Assembly (NCBI GenBank): GCA_030141605.1 | Contig: JAQGDQ010000671.1 | Span: forward strand, 51,336 to 115,335 | DNA length: 64,000 nucleotides | Direction: 5' to 3' | From: Tubiluchus corallicola | Taxonomy: Eukaryota > Animalia > Priapulida | Shown here: positions 13,131 through 26,096 of the stretch, piece after piece | How the letters are laid out: each line of letters opens with the position of its first letter | Numbering within the stretch: the first letter of the stretch is position 1 | Program-made: the position numbers and the translations under genes | Notes under the pieces: generated by a model | What the model was told of the DNA's origin: nothing | Databases searched by the model: none | Seen by the model: the letters and a program-made list of their open reading frames with translations, nothing else

Positions 13131-15084
13131 AGATTTTTTATGCAACTTGAACCATGGAATACGCTCACGTGACCTCTCGTCACTGGTCCCTAACTCCCCT
13201 AGTTTATTCGTAGTATTCGATGGACTTTATCTATAAGCTCATTGTCTCAATAGAAAATTTAGCAGGTATCCTCAATAATTAGCAACTAACCTCAAGAATT
13301 GTTTTTTGATCTGTATTAATATTTTCATTTTTCAATAGTAATCGCTTAATTCGAGTGACAACTCAGCTTTTTTGACAAATTATAAACAAGTAAAAAACTA
13401 AAACAATAATTATACGTAGCTCACTGTACGTATAAACGAAGCTGTTGCTTAGACAGTAAAAAGATTTTATTATGTTTGATTTAAAAAAATATGTAAAAGC
13501 ACAAAAAAGCGACTACAACAACAACAATCACAAATAATATACATATTTTAAGAGTAATTAGCTTACAATTCTTTTATAATTAATTTTATGATTAAATAAT
13601 TACAAATTTGTCGAATTTATCAATTGGCGCATTATTTTTCGCTCTTGCAATTGAGAGTATTCTATTGGTAAGCAACTGTTTTTTTACTGTAATTTTTAAC
13701 TGTTATCATCATGAATGCGTCTTTCCTCTGGAATTTGTTCCCCCTTTTCGTTTCCTGTTTCATAAAAGCGTTCCTGTTCGCGAAAGCGTCCCAACAATAG
13801 AGGAGATTTTCTGTGCAAACTGTGTATTTATTTGCTCTTCTTTTAGCTGCCCTGGAAAAATGTCTGACTTGTTAAGAAAAAAAATTATGCACAAGGTTAC
13901 TAGGTGGACTCAACCTATATGCCTCACTAATTATGTTATGCAGACTTAATATAAAATTTGCAATATGCTGCAATGAAACTGGAGTTTTTATATTTATGTT
14001 ATCGAATATCGGTCTTCATTACGAGTTTAATCTTTAGTTTAACTCAAAGTTTGCTTTTCTAGATGTGGTTAGAAAGTCTGTACATAAAGAATTGCTTTTA
14101 TTTTTTTAGAGGGGTGAGGTGACGTGAGGAAGAAGGCGTCGCTTAATATATGTGAATCAATAATGTGCAAAAATAACAAAACAGAAATGTGATATGACTG
14201 ATGGCACGTCTATATACATTTAATATATATCATGCGTTAATAGGCCTCTAATAAAAATTTATAGTAGGTTTAAATTTTTCGATTGGGAAATAAACATTGA
14301 ATATTAAATGAAGTATCAGTAAAATAATCGCCACGGCCATAAGCATACACATATGGAGTCGACAGCAATAATGAAGCAACTCTCCAATAGATTAAATTTG
14401 AATTACAGGTTACTTTGTGCTATTTTGATCAGTAAGCTTACACTGTCGAGATAGGGAGGCCTAAATGTAACAGGTGTTTTTGCACCCGCCCCATTTACCA
14501 GGTAATCTTTCTACACAACAGCAGTGTGAAAACTGCTTAGTCACTGGGCATATGTATTTAGGGAGGGCATATCTCGCACATTTTATTTAAATACCGGGCT
14601 AAGCCTATTTAAAACTGGCCTTCATCCTAAATCAAGGTTTTTTTGCATTTGATGGTCAAATGCTTTCCAAGCTAAAGCGGTTTTTCTAGAATTGTTCTCC
14701 CGTCTATTCCTGTTTAAAATAAGCAAGGCGAAGGTACATTGTTTTGGTTTGGGCAGATTTGCCCGTTGAAAAGATTTGCATGTTTACCTATATGCATCTT
14801 AATTGACCGGAGAAGCTGGGATGCAGTCAGCTGTGCAGCGCGAATGCCCGGACTCCAGAAGGGTGTGTTGGACAAGAAAGAGTACTATTTCAACTTAAAA
14901 CACTGAGTAAATAGTTTCTGTAAGTAACTAAAGGTATAGGCAATAGCATCCATTATGTAAGAGCACAGAATGAACAAGTTTTCATCTAATTTTGTTTAGA
15001 GTGTCATATTTCCTTTCGGTATTCACACCCCCTAATAACCGCTAGAGTAGACGAGAATGGCCGGCTCGAAGGGTGGGGAAGTTG

Positions 15085-15092
15085 TATAAAAA
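15085..15092 (+). promoter_or_regulatory. TATA box of the NIPSNAP-like gene
   Basis: TATAAAAA in a GC-rich context, about 30 nt upstream of a short first exon ending in a strong donor (ttttcag|gtgagt at 15178). Confidence 0.6.
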
Positions 15093-15893
15093 GGACACCC
15101 GCAAACCCTCGTCCCCCTTCCTAAACTTGTTGCTGTTGCAGACGCTGCTGCTCTGATCTCAAATCTTTGATTTTCAGGTGAGTTTCAATTTGTGTACATT
15201 AATTTTTACAAATTTTCTTGTATTATCTTAGTCGTTACGTATTGTAGATTGCAATTCGTTATTAAACATTCGAAAAATCGAATAATAATTGACTTGTTTT
15301 ATTACACCTGATATCCATAACTACGAATATAAATATAAATGTGATTGAAGGATTGATGGATGATACTTCAGTTTTTCTTTATCAAAATTAAATTCATGTG
15401 GAAAGCGAAGTATCATCTATGAATCCGTCAATCATATTTGTATTTACAATCGATTTGTTGTTTGTGATTCATCATTTGCTATCTCTCTCTCTTTCCAATA
15501 GTATAGTAGGCTTGTTTATATTTTATTGTTACAATCTTTAAATACACTCATTAGTCGTATTAGGGTCTCCTGTCATTTTTCCCTTCACAGGTCTCACTTT
15601 CTTCCGTAGAGCCACCAGTAGAGTCACATGAATCTGCAAGCCGCATTACTCATAGACGACACAAATCAAAATAGCAGCAGTAAGACTTAACGACGACAGC
15701 GACGACGACGACGACGATACTGCTGCTACTCATGATAATGATGAGGGTGATTCTGGTCACCAAAAATTTAGAAGTACTTAAAGTAATGTTGTTGATGTTA
15801 TTGATGATGATGATGATGATGATGACGATGACGATGTTGTTGATGAAAAGGTAAAAGATTTTAACTGCATTATCTTTACTTGCAGCCATCACC

Positions 15894-18578
15894 ATGTGCG
15901 AGCCAATCAAGTTCTCAGACAAGGTCTATGAAGTAGAGCTGGTTCACGTGAAGCCAGAATTCTACCTGGACTACAAATGTACAATGAAAAGGTTCATGGA
16001 GCATCATCCCGAATTTCCCGTCGTGGCAGTATGGGAAGTAGATCAGGGCGGAGCTCTGTGCTATGCCATCATGAAAGAATACCGTGAGTACAACTTCTCG
16101 TTCTTTCCTTGCAAATAATGTCCTTTAATGCGTCATAATTTCAAGGTATTTTTCTGATGTCGGAGAATAGTTCAAAGGCAGGATGCCTTTCTTGCTTTTC
16201 AGTGATTTGTAAATTGCATGTGTTAAATAATTATCTACGTGAGTTTTTACTTCACAGCGTCCCACAAAAAGAGATGTGAGATCAAGAAGAAATTCAAGGA
16301 AGACCCAAGGTTCGAATATTTCCTGGCTAAAATCGGGCACATGGTAAACAGCGTTTCTCTGAAAACGTTTCGTGCACTTCCGGGATATGAGCTCAGGTGC
16401 CCATCAAAACCAGGTGAGTTTACACCATGTTCTGCTTCTTCTGCATAATAATTACTGATCGATATTTGAAACTGAGACAAGAAAAATAGCAGAGTGCTTA
16501 CAAAATTAAGCACTGTTGAATGCCGGGCGATTATACTTTGTTCAACAATATCTCTGTGTTTCACTCGCAAAACTGTTTACGACACCTAGAGGTAGGAAGT
16601 ATTTACATCCGACAGTGACTACATGGAAATAAACTGCATCTGAATCTTGAAACTTAGTCAATATATACCAGCCAAGTCCAGTCTTTTCACATTCAAGCCG
16701 CTGTAATTGAGAGCAATTCATTGCCTCTGCATTTCGCCCAATGTGGCAGAGTTTATCTCTCATTTTTCCCTGTGCTTTCCAGTCTAATTATGGTTTTACT
16801 CATAGCATTGTCTTGACCTAAGACGAGTGCTTTTCTACTTTAGCATACTTTGAAGCAGTTCGCTACGAATTCCATGACCCACGACCACACAAATGGGCTC
16901 CTCAATGGTGTGAATTGCAGAAAGCAGCCAATAAATACCTGGAAAAACATGGTGGCGGTGTTGTAGGTGCTTTTGCCTGCGAATTCGGCAATCCAACTGG
17001 CGGATGTAAGTAAATAAACCATCCTTTTGTTAACATCTGGAATCCTTGTTGACTGAAATTCTCGAATGGTGCTAAATGTTCGATAGATATGAAATAACAT
17101 TGCTACAGACTACACGTTTTCCGAAAATCTAGCATCATTTTGACATTTCATCTAACTGTTTATTAGAAGAGCATTTCTACAAGACGACATACCAGAAAAG
17201 CAAAATTATGGATGTGTAATTTCTTTTAAGTTAAAGTTTAATGGAGTAATCAAGTAGTAATTGCAATTATTTAGTATGTTTCAAATTTCACAACGGGCAC
17301 ATCCTGTTTTGAATGCACAATGGCTGGCGACATTATTAAAGAGGCAGTCAAATTTTTCATAACTTTATGAAAAATGTAGCGTGTAATCAATCGATTGCTG
17401 CAGTTAAAAAATGTGCCAAGCTTGTCACTGGATTCTTTACATTTAATTTTCCCTTTATTAATCCAAAATGTTAGTTTTTTAACACGGCTAGTATTTTCTA
17501 AAATTTTTGCTAAAATGAAGTCTTTGATTCCAAGTTGTATATCTTTAAAAGCTCAATTGCATTACAGCGAGATAATTATTTCTGTTATTTGGAGAACTTA
17601 TACTACATAACGTAATTACGTTAATTAGTCATTTATGCAGCTTACTATATTGTGCAAGTGTCGGAAAAAGTTAACTCATTATGGTACGATTAGGCTTCTA
17701 CATACACCTGCTTCTTTGTCTTTTGTTTTATCCGTTTATTTTTCAAAAAAGAAAGCGTATCTATTGTGCATGACACTTGATATGGCCTAATTTATTAATT
17801 TATTTATTTATTAATATAAACATATGAGGAAGAAGTCCTATTTTAACTAGATATAAGAATAATATCTTTTTGACAGTGTTGTATATCGTGCACTATCCCG
17901 GAGGCGACGTGCATAAACAGTGTTTCGAAGAGGTCATGGGTGACAAAAAGATTCAGGAGATGAGTAAGTATTTTTATTGAGCAAACAAGCTTTATGAGCA
18001 GAACTTTCATATATTTAAAGCATGAATTCTCACTTGGCAAATGTTTGCCGCATACGGCAAAGACCGAAAGGATTTAAATAGAAATTTTATGGATCTACAT
18101 AAGATAAGCAAGATAAGCTAAGAGCAACATAAGTATTTGATGTTTGATCTTTTACGTGCTTATGTGCCCGCTCAGTGTACTAGTAAATTACTTTAAAATA
18201 ATAAGAAGCGACTAAATTGCCGAAAATTTTCAAAGACACACTGTCCAATACAAGCAGTAAAATTAAATTATTTGCATTTATAGATTAAAAGCATTTTACA
18301 GGAGGCTCTTTATAGTGTTTCTGAACACTGCTAATTATTAAGAAAACTTTACAATATTACACCACATAAAAATTTAACTTCACAAATAAGGCATATCAAT
18401 CAAGCTTACAATATGCATTTATAGTGCTTACAGAGAAGATTTTACCTAAATGTTTAGTGTGTATGCAAAATTACGAAATAATTTTTTCTTTGTTTCAGTG
18501 GATGGCATGGCTAAGCAGTTGAAGCATCTGGAGAACACTGGACTAATAGCTTGTGAAGGGGTCGGCTGTTTCAAGTAA
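15894..18578 (+). CDS. Divergent NIPSNAP-family (NIPSNAP3-like) protein, 5 coding exons, 224 aa (244 aa if the in-frame ATG at 15628 is used)
   Basis: Exons 15894-16083, 16258-16413, 16844-17005, 17877-17963 and 18499-18578; all GT-AG, all phase 1, with an open frame throughout. It has two NIPSNAP-like halves (VYEVELVHVKP...VVAVWEVDQGG...EYPSHKKRCEIKKKFKEDPRF; YFEAVRYEFH...VVGAFACEFGNPTG...LIACEGVGCFK*) co-linear with vertebrate NIPSNAP3. AATAAA at 18846. Upstream exons are about 15115-15177 and 15591-15679. Confidence 0.8.
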
Positions 18579-19479
18579 ATACCGTAACCGCAATGAAGAG
18601 TTGACGTTATTTCTACAATCCCGATTTACTAACATTACTTGAAAATTTATTGTAGATGTGTATGTTTACATTTCTTTTGTTTCTTTGTTCCTTGGTTCTG
18701 CAAAAAGACTTTATAGGCAGAGGCGTTCTAAGTAAAAATTTATTACTTTTAGGCTTTACTGTAATTGTTCTGCTGTTGGTAGCTGACTTTCGTTTTTATA
18801 GCTTAGGTTAAGCACATAATTTGTTATAAATCTGTTGTTATTACCAATAAAAACCATTGACTTCAAGTATACAATCACTTTGCTACTTGTTATTAATTTT
18901 TGGATATTACAGAAGCCCTACAGCCTATTTAAACCCAGTGCAGATAACACATTCTTTTCTTTTCTTAGAAGTTGGTTTTCTTCATAGCCCGCCGGTATAG
19001 TTTTAATTTTCGATCTAAATTAATTCTGCGTATTTTGAATTCTAGCTTGTTGGTTTTCCGAAAAATTGCCGAATTGTGAATTACAAAGTTTCTGAAAAGC
19101 CAGCAAATTTGATTTTTTGTAGTGAAAAAATTACAATGTAATTCTTCTAGGACATATGTATATATGCTATGTTACTCATTTTATTTATTAATTTCATTTC
19201 GAGTTCTCTCGTTTTAAATCATAGTGTTAATTTTTTCCGCATACGGCAGTCAAAATGCAAGGAAAGGTTGCGGTCTTGCAGCCAATACTACGAAGTTTTT
19301 CCCAATTTTTGGTAGGAGAAATTTGTTTCACATTTATTGTAATAAAATGATAAATGTGGAGAAATGCGTGAATCTTGTGCTGAATTGGAAGATGCATGTG
19401 CATTTAGGTTTAAAAAAGATGATCTCTACAATAAAAGCTTGTTAACAGACCTAATAAAAAATATGCAAGTTCTGCTCCT

Positions 19480-20064
19480 TTAGAGCACCCAGCCATTGTT
19501 CATTCCAGCAAACAAAAGAAAATTGGCTGTTGCCAACGCATAAAATTTTAAATCAGCATTTGTTACTCCGCGAACATCCCCGACTTCGTGGAGAAATCCT
19601 TCACAGACTAGGTAGATTGACGTCACAACGATTCCATAAGTATCACTGCATACTAAACTCACAAGCAGCGCTGTTACCAAAGCTGTTTCAGCTACCAGCT
19701 CAGGCTTCATGATATCTCTCACTTCTTCTGGCAGAACCTTCACATCGCTGTAATGTTCAATTGCTCTGACGACCACCAACACAAATGAGGCACATGCGAT
19801 GATATGAGCTTGAGTGGATCGTTTAGGAATTACACCCATTATTAGGTATGCTGCAGCTAACAGAGGCATTCCAAGAACGCGTGTCACCCAACTACTAATG
19901 GCACTGTACTTAAGAAGAGTGGGCTCGTTGGGGTAGAACTCTAAAGCAGCGTTACAGGATGCATAGAAGAATATGAAGATGAAAGCAATTTGTGAGTAAA
20001 AATGAATGGCTGTCACTCCACACAGCAAAGAAGAAAATGCGAACATGAGGCTAGCTGCAACCAT
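19480..20064 (-). CDS. TMEM276-like multi-pass membrane protein, single coding exon, about 194 aa
   Basis: Long hydrophobic ORF. SWVTRVLGMPLLAAAY, LLVSLVCSDTYGIV and DLKFYALATANF align by eye with human TMEM276 (AWVATVIGLPLLAFDF, LIVAVFTANTYGMW, DVCRWALAVGSW). A splice acceptor ttttag|gtgaaATG at 20070 favours the start at 20064 over 20157. Confidence 0.7.
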   Translation of the reverse strand: MVAASLMFAFSSLLCGVTAIHFYSQIAFIFIFFYASCNAALEFYPNEPTLLKYSAISSWVTRVLGMPLLAAAYLIMGVIPKRSTQAHIIACASFVLVVVRAIEHYSDVKVLPEEVRDIMKPELVAETALVTALLVSLVCSDTYGIVVTSIYLVCEGFLHEVGDVRGVTNADLKFYALATANFLLFAGMNNGWVL

Positions 20065-20388
20065 TTCACCTAAAATAGTGAAACACGTGAACATAATTAT
20101 TACATAATAAATGAATAGTCGAGTGATTTCGCAAGGCGTGCAAGACATCTGGTGCATGACAATATGGGTTCACTACTCGCTCTAGGAAGTTTCATTTGCC
20201 TACTGACTATAAACCTCTATGAATGCAACGTCTAATTTTAAAAGACATTTGCTTGATTAATGCGCCGGGTGTCGGTCTCGTCGCAGACACCGTGTTGAGT
20301 AAGCCTTGCTTTTGAATGCTGGATTCCGGCATGCAGTACCCCACAGGCCACAGGGTATAAAAAGCATACAAGCCGGATACGAATACGG

Positions 20389-20433
<45 letters not shown>

Positions 20434-21162
20434 CTTTTATTTATCTTTTAACACACGCACAGTTATAATACAATTAATTTGGTAACAAAAATGTGAAGAA
20501 AGGGCAGTGAAAGACCAATTGGTCATCTAGTCAGCTGCCCTTTGGTTAGTGATGAACATTTTTTATAGGCGCTATCTACAGTGTATTAGTGTTAGTACTG
20601 CTTATAATAAAAACTAAATTGTTACGAATGACATTAAATTGATATGCTTGTAACGTGTTAGTACAATTCATACACAGTAATAATAAGTGCATAATATAAA
20701 AAAAGCAAACTGAAAATAACTGAAATAAAACTGAACTGAAATAAGAACTGAAACAAGAACTGAAATAAAAATCTGACAACAGAAACATAATAACAATGGC
20801 AACTGAAATTTACTTTATAACACAAGCATAATTGTTAGACATAAGCAAGCGAATGTATAATGGAGTCATAATAATGTAAAAAAAATACAGAGCGATTTTG
20901 AATGATCTGAGGTAAAATAAATAGGCAGATAGTTAAAGCACAAAAAATTACCTGTATGACTGCATGAGGAGACTGACAATTCACAGCTGTTTACAGTCAT
21001 TCAGAAACTTTGACTTTCGCAAAGTTTGGTCACAGACACTTACTTTTGGTTACTAAAAATAACGAGAAATTAGGCCTGTATGTCATTCTCAAAGTCCAAA
21101 TTTGTACCAAAAAAATCAAACCGATTTTGAAAACTTTCATTTGCGTTACTTAGCATTGCTAC

Positions 21163-21318
<156 letters not shown>

Positions 21319-22323
21319 AATGTTTATTTGAAAAAGTTATTTACAATCCTTCTATTTGTTGCAAAGATTACAGCAAAACAGATTCATGACATTGTTTATT
21401 ACTTCAAACTTTTAAATGGACTCGCTCGCCTAAAGGTTACGAAATAATCAAAATTCGCACAATTGTCATTAATTTGACCTGGTTCAAAATTATACCTTAC
21501 ATCAATGTCTTATCAAAAAAAAAAGATTTAACTAGACTAATATTTGCGACATTATTTATCGGTAATCTAATAGTTTTTGCACAATGACTTTCTTTACAAC
21601 ATTTATGAAAATTGCTATAAAGTAAATACAAAAATTACTTGGGTAGTCTTTTAACTGTGTCGGAAAACACATATCTGACAAATCGCAATTGTGCTTTTAA
21701 TTCCGGCAGTAATTGTATTAGTTTTTTTAAATGATACACGCTTGGCGCCCAAATTACCATCCGACTAAATTGGTCATATTAACGAAGTTCATTAAATTTG
21801 TACATAGCCTACCGTAGAAGTTAGGCACCACAAGAGACTAAAGAAGGAAGAACACAGATGCGAAATTCCAACTTAGTGTAATTACTCTTTTTTAGAATTT
21901 CCTTTTCTCAACACATTGTAGACAAGGAACTTCAATATGGTCTAAACACACATGTGCGTGTGTTAACAATACAGCACAATACACGACAAAAAAGCTCTAA
22001 TACGTAACAAAGCACAAAAAGCGTCGTCATATCGTAGCAAATTTTACGTCATATGTCATAACTATTATCATGTAACAATTTCGCGTTAAATTGCAATGTA
22101 CGTATTTTGCGTCACTGTGTGCCAATAATTATGTACTAATTATTAATTTTATTCAAAATGCACAAACGTTTTTGAGAACAGGAAGATTTTTTTAGAAGCA
22201 AAAATTAGAATATTTTCATATCCTCAGCACTGATCCTCAGAGACAGAAACGTTTGGCCCGTTGCAAGAAGGCACATAAGGTGGTAGACTGATATTCGTGG
22301 ACGAATGATTCATCGGATGATGA

Positions 22324-22680
22324 TTAATTATATACTAAGTTTGTTGGAATTCGTGGATTGACTCTCCTGACTATAGCACGACGCCACTCTGCTCCGTTCG
22401 ATGCTCGTAATCGTAGGTACATCTCTTGGACACCAAGACTAGTCAGCTCCTGCATACTTTCCACACAAGTATTACCAAGTCTGCCCCTTCTGTTGCGCTC
22501 TTGTGTAATGGTGTGAAGTGCAAAGCGATGAATGGTGATGCCTGAGAGCCTTCGCAGCCAGTGACCAAGAGTGGGAAGTTGTCTGAAGATCTGTACATTT
22601 ACCAAATTCGGCTGTCCATTTCTTTCTAATACGTACTCGTTAGTAACACGTACTCGTTAGCGATAACAGCAAATGAGTTA
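22324..22680 (-). mobile_element. 3' fragment of an RTE-clade LINE ORF
   Basis: LGHWLRR...IHRFAL...RNRRGRLGNTC...ASNGAEWRRAI matches the C-terminal WxGHxxR...RxRGRP...AxdRxxWR pattern of RTE-type retrotransposons. Confidence 0.7.
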
Positions 22681-23919
22681 AACTTATTTTTCATACTGGT
22701 TTTCAATTTAGAGTCTAGGATCCAGCCACTTGCAATGGGATACATAACCATGGGAATAAAAAGTTGTAGTTTTAGCTAATTTGTTCTCTAGTGTGAACTC
22801 ACTTGCAAGTTTTTTGACGAGTTGCTTGCAAGCTGCTTCAGTGAGAAAGAAAACTCTTTAGTCTGAACACGCCATTAGGCTCGTCATGACTATGAATTTC
22901 TGCATTATTTACCCCACTAGTCTTCAATGACTAAGCTAGACTGCTAGTTTGGGTTCAGAGAATGCCGAATTTCTGCATTACATCTACGTTTTTTATTGCG
23001 CACATAAGTTTGTGTACCTCATTATACAGGTTTTCAGTTTGTACAGACGACGATGATAATGACAACGAACAACAACAAGTATAACAATAACACACAACAC
23101 AACCACCTGTAAGAGTGAGAGAGTGAGTGAGACAGAGAAAAAGTGATAGAAAGAGATAAAGAGAGACAAAGAGAAAGAGAAAAAAGCGAAAGAGTAAGAG
23201 AGGGGAGGAAAGAGAACTTTTTTATTCAAAATGCCTGTTGTTTCAGTGGGCTATTCACGGACACGTTTTAGCAGGTGAGTATGTCAAGGGTATAACAATA
23301 TATCAACTGTCAACAAGATATTTTAGTACTAAAGTTTGTCAAATTACAAATATAGTAAAAAACCGGTTTTCGTCATTTTTCCACCGTTGTTATTATGGCT
23401 GTTCGCGAGATGAATAGTTAAATTACAGAAACTAGGAAGCAGATAAAAATGTCTTGACATGGCTTGTATTTATAAATTTCATTTTACAATTAGCACTAGA
23501 TGTAAATTCTAATTCTACACTTTGTAGCCATCACCACTAAGTGAATTTACTTAAAGGGCAGAAATGATTACCTAATTTTTATTTGCTATAACATTGCATG
23601 TGCCAATTACATTTATATAAACTTAGCAGTAGTATCAGTGCTTCATAAAACCGATTTTATTATGCACAAAAATAGACTGCTTGCCTAGTTTTGTCAAAAG
23701 TTTTTGAAGAATATTATCACTAAGCTGTAGGCAGAACGTATAATTATTTTTTTTCACACTTTCTGTCACTCAAAATTAGACAATTTTTGCTAGAATTGCA
23801 TAAACAATAAAGTTTATGCTAAATAGTGCAAACAAATGAATTGCTTATTGCTATAAAATGATTATACAATTATGATTTAGTTTAAACCGTAGGAAATATG
23901 TAGGTTCCACAAAAGATGC

Positions 23920-26051
23920 TTATAGTTCTAACGCTAGCCTCCCGTCCTCCATTGTGCAGTGTGCCGTCTTCATGACTGTAGATGGCGCATCCTTTAGTAT
24001 AAATAAAAGCTTAGCTAAATTTTTCATTATAAATAAAAATTTAATTAATCTACGTTTATCTGTACTTAAACATTTATAAACTTTTGTTATTTCAGAACTT
24101 TAAATAAAATTATTGGAATTTTTGGTTAGCATCATGGTTTCAGATTTAGATAGAAACTGAAACTTTATATTTTGAAATTTCATTCATAGTTTATACGTAT
24201 TTTTTCGCAGTGTTTACATTGTATGAGTAAAAAGAAGCAACGTATCTTTCACAAATAAAATGACAAATGAGGCAACAAAATGGGTCTGTAGTCATTTCTT
24301 GCAGCTGTTGGAGATTTGCAGGAATTATGAAAAGCTATAATAATATTAAAAAATTTCAGAACGCCTTTTCATGAAACATTATTTTTGTAATTCGGCTCAT
24401 CCAGCGATTTATAAATGTATATTGCTCATAAATGGTGATCATTTCAAGGCATGGAATTAATTAGTTAATAAAACTTACGCTACATAACTTAACGTCGTCG
24501 TATGAGAAAACGCTTCCTTTGGAGTTGCAGGTCAGGCGAGCATTCTAAATTATAAAAACGATTTTATGACACACTATAATTAAATGCCAACAGTTCGGAT
24601 TAGTTACTTAAAGTAATACAGTAGCTAAGAAGCAGACAGAGCTAGGCAGAGACTGGAACTCGGGCTGTTGGTTCGAATCTCATTGTTGTACTGGACAGTA
24701 TTTTCTGTCGTAATATTTTTTCTCACTACCGGTGCACGTTAGGATGATGAAGGCTTGGCGTCATAGCATTTTGCTCTGTCCAGTTACAAATCATTCGAAT
24801 TACCAAGATATTTTCTGCTAACCCAAGTCTTTTAAAATAAGTGAAACTGCTATTAACGAATACAGAATTTTATTTTACAGAGATTTCAAGTCATACTTTA
24901 AAATTCGTTAATTTTCCTTTTTGAGCTGTGTCTGTTACTGTCAGACAAAACGATTGTGTACGGCTAGTTACGTGATATGTTACGTAGCTAAGAGGTGCCA
25001 AGCCTATAAGGTCAGGAAAAATGGCGATACCGAAATTAAGTTACTAATCCATTGTTTCTTGTTCTACAACTAATATGTCTGAAGACATTTCGGTAGGACA
25101 GAAGGACTGGTAGTATAGCGTACGACGGGCACAAAATTTTCCTTGAAACTACGAAATTACGGTACGGTATTTTCCCAAAAAACTGCCTAAACAGCATTCA
25201 CTTTCAGTAAATGAAAAGGCACTTTTAGTTACAGACTACATTAGTTAGCAGTGACAAATATATTACTAGGGAAGTCTGCAAAAAGGGCAAAATATGAACA
25301 AATAAAAACTATAGTTATAAAATTGTAAAAAAAAACTACAGGTGCTTTTTTATCAGGTACTAAATAATTCGTTATATGGTCACTATGCTTATAATAATAT
25401 TAAGTAAGTGACCGGCCTTGAAAGCTTTCAGTACGCATACGATATTTTTCTTTCGTGGCCTACTAACAGCTTTCAAGGCCATGCACTTGCTTGGTGTGTC
25501 CATAAGCAGAATGACCATATTATAACAAATGATTTAGAAACTGATAAATAAAAAGTAAAAATCTGTTCATGTTGTTGATTTGATTTTGTCAGTCTTTGTA
25601 TACTCACTGGGCCTGCAGGATCCATCCCTGTATATAGAGTGCCTAGAGTTGGCATTGAATATTTAGCCTTGATAGTATGTCCAAGGATCACTTTTTCTGC
25701 TGAAAACTGTTGCGGGGCTATCATACACGTGCTTTCCTGAAAGCGAAAATCCAGGATTGTATGACTCAAAATATTATCACAAAATGGAATTTCTTTTAAT
25801 GGTGACATCATGACGGCATGTTAATGAAAATTATCACTCTTCCTTACATTCGAAAATTGTAAAAGCTTCAAAAAGAGCCCTTTTCCAGCTTTAGGAAAAC
25901 TAGGAAGACACATGGTGATAATGTTGCTATTGTGCAAATGGCTATTGGTGGTAGCGGCATTTATGTGTGTGTCGGTTCAGTGTCTCACGTTCAAAGATTA
26001 TGGGTTCCAGGATTCCAGTTCTACCACAATATCATCATCATCATCATCATC

Positions 26052-26096
<45 letters not shown>

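Noticed and set aside
23015-23110. Candidate upstream non-coding exon for the TMEM276-like gene
   Set aside because: Plausible AG/GT ends, but it is low-complexity sequence and cannot be linked to the gene without transcript data.
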